Part shown: piece after piece, positions 62,651 through 64,000 of the stretch
Layout: each line of letters begins with the position of its first letter
Position numbering within the stretch: the first letter of the stretch is position 1
Assembly: GCA_902574205.1 (NCBI GenBank)
Contig: CACGMS010000001.1
Span: 41,819 to 105,818 of the forward strand
Length of the DNA: 64,000 bases
Source of the DNA: an uncultured Candidatus Hydrogenedens sp.
Lineage (GTDB): Bacteria; Myxococcota; UBA4151
Reading direction: 5' to 3'
Notes under the pieces: generated by a model
Databases searched by the model: none
Seen by the model: only the letters and a program-made list of their open reading frames with translations
Told to the model about the DNA's origin: nothing
Position numbers and translations under genes: made by a program

Positions 62651-63844
62651 ATGGCGTGGGACTGGGTTGCCATACCGGTAGTGAGCGGCTTGATCGGCTG
62701 GGGCACCAACGCGCTCGCCATCAAGATGCTCTTTGCGCCGCTGACTCGTCGAGGTGTTGGGTTTTTAAGCTGGCAGGGGATCATGCCCGCCAATGCCGAG
62801 CGCATGGCGACGATCTGCGTGGAGCTGATGACCTCCAAGCTCATCAATACCCGAGCCTTGTTTCGCCGGATTGATCCGGATCGGGTCGCCAATATTATTG
62901 GTCCAGCTTTAGAAGACCATGCACAGAGCATCGTCGAAGCCGTCTTAGCGGCTCGCTTTCCTAGGCTCTGGCAGGTGATGCCCGAGGCGCTCAAAGCCAA
63001 AGCACGAAAGCGGATGCAAGCTCAGATCCCGGTGGTGGTTGATCAGTTGATGACCGACCTGAACAAGGACCTTGATGAGTTTTTAGACATCAAAGCCTTG
63101 GTGGTGGGTGCCTTTGTGCGCGACCGCGCCTTGCTCAATGAATTTTTTTGGCGCTGCGGCGAAGCAGAGTTTCGCTTTATCTCGATCAGCGGCTTGTATT
63201 TTGGCGCTCTGCTCGGGATTCCCGTGGCGATTTTATGGGTCATCGCCCAGCCAGGTTGGTTGTTGCCAATCACTGGCTTGCTGGTCGGCTGGGTGACCAA
63301 TTGGCTGGCGCTCAAAATGATCTTTGAGCCGCTTGAGCCCAAGCAGGTTGGTCCGTTTCGTTGGCATGGTTTGTTCCTCAAGCGACAAGCCGAGGTCAGC
63401 GAAGCGTATGCGGCGTTCTTTGCGGAGCGTATTTTGCATCCCCAAGCGCTCACCCATGCGGTGCTTGAAGGGCCTGCAGCGGATCGTTTGGTGGGGTTGG
63501 TGCAGGTCTACGCCGGTGAGGCGGTCGATACGGCGGCAAGCTTAGCCAAGCCGGTGGTCACGCTCGCTTTGGGCAGTCGCGCATGGATTGATCTTAAGGC
63601 GTCGATCTCGAGCCGGCTCGCCCAGGTCGTTCCTGCGGAGCTCGATCGAGTGCAGGATTACGCCGGCGAAGCGCTCGATTTAGAAGGTGAGCTTGAGCGA
63701 AACCTCAAGAGTTTACCCTATGAGGACTTTGAGCAGGTTTTACGCCCGGTGTTCAAGGAAGACGAGACCACCTTGATTGCGGTAGGCGCCGCGCTTGGCG
63801 GCGTCGCTGGGGTGATCCAGTTAGTGCTCTTGGGCGCAGCGTAA
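62651..63844 (+). CDS. DUF445-family membrane protein
   Basis: MAWDWVAIPVVSGLIGWGTNALAIKMLFAPL and the later LLVGWVTNWLALKMIFEP are the paired DUF445 motifs. I prefer ATG 62651 over the track start at 62582. Confidence 0.8.
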   Translation: MAWDWVAIPVVSGLIGWGTNALAIKMLFAPLTRRGVGFLSWQGIMPANAERMATICVELMTSKLINTRALFRRIDPDRVANIIGPALEDHAQSIVEAVLAARFPRLWQVMPEALKAKARKRMQAQIPVVVDQLMTDLNKDLDEFLDIKALVVGAFVRDRALLNEFFWRCGEAEFRFISISGLYFGALLGIPVAILWVIAQPGWLLPITGLLVGWVTNWLALKMIFEPLEPKQVGPFRWHGLFLKRQAEVSEAYAAFFAERILHPQALTHAVLEGPAADRLVGLVQVYAGEAVDTAASLAKPVVTLALGSRAWIDLKASISSRLAQVVPAELDRVQDYAGEALDLEGELERNLKSLPYEDFEQVLRPVFKEDETTLIAVGAALGGVAGVIQLVLLGAA

Positions 63845-63848
63845 AGGC

Positions 63849-64000
63849 TCAAACGCCCTGAATAGTGACCGTCAGCTGGCGCGTCGTTGGGCGAGCTCGG
63901 TGTTCCCAAAGGTAAACCCCTTGCCAGGTGCCTAGGGCTAAACCACCATCGGTGATCGGTATGGACAAGCTGGTTTGCGTCAAAACGCTGCGGACATGCG
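63849..64000 (-). CDS. YjbQ/UPF0047-family protein, C-terminal 49 codons only (5' part off the window)
   Basis: It is not in the ORF track because it is under 60 aa. The minus-strand frame from 63998 reads HVRSVLTQTSLSIPITDGGLALGTWQGVYLWEHRARPTTRQLTVTIQGV*, with the stop at 63851-63849. LGTWQG-YL-EHR is the family signature. Confidence 0.8.
   Translation of the reverse strand, partial: HVRSVLTQTSLSIPITDGGLALGTWQGVYLWEHRARPTTRQLTVTIQGV

Noticed and set aside
1-64000. A search by eye for tRNA, rRNA, transposase, integrase, phage or CRISPR-Cas content, or for other signs of a mobile island around the repeat genes.
   Set aside because: I found no cloverleaf-like intergenic segments, no DDE, tyrosine or serine recombinase motifs, and no terminal inverted repeats. 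The repeat-gene cluster appears chromosomal, interleaved with housekeeping genes. A proper tRNAscan or ISfinder run could still find something I missed.

Overview
The window is 64 kb of chromosomal DNA, moderately GC-rich by eye, with about 50 protein-coding genes. I recognised no rRNA, tRNA, CRISPR array, transposase or integrase. Its dominant content is an expanded family of secreted or lipoprotein genes built from the Myxococcus-type cysteine-rich repeat (CGDG...CDDGN...D.C...C). I counted about 110 repeat units in 8 genes, roughly a fifth of the window. Each repeat stalk carries a different C-terminal head: a fibrinogen-like YCDxxxxGGGW domain, a PPC domain plus RCC1 beta-propeller, TSP3 repeats, or orphan domains. 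Interleaved with these are five copies of an uncharacterised ~100-aa module with a GC-x4-C...ALGVPYLL...NLK-I motif. That module is ATGA-coupled to a fibrinogen-like lipoprotein once and to an RCC1 lipoprotein once, and is fused to PEGA and RCC1 domains in a third gene. I consider this recurring module-to-head coupling the best candidate for an undescribed surface system. Other notable genes are a collagen-like/P-domain protein in an operon with a TSP3 protein, an AgmX/PglI-type C-terminal domain protein, and a protein with a MYXO-CTERM-like tail. Together these point to a Myxococcota- or Bradymonadia-like organism, which is inference only. Housekeeping genes include PuuE allantoinase, an amidohydrolase, an S9 peptidase, a GT4 glycosyltransferase, a GST, an APC permease, a photolyase/cryptochrome, a PNPOx-like protein, a fatty-acid hydroxylase-family protein, a diflavin reductase, a lipid-anchored azurin, an esterase, an MBL hydrolase, a DUF445 protein and a partial YjbQ. 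All family assignments come from reading motifs in the translations. No database search was run.
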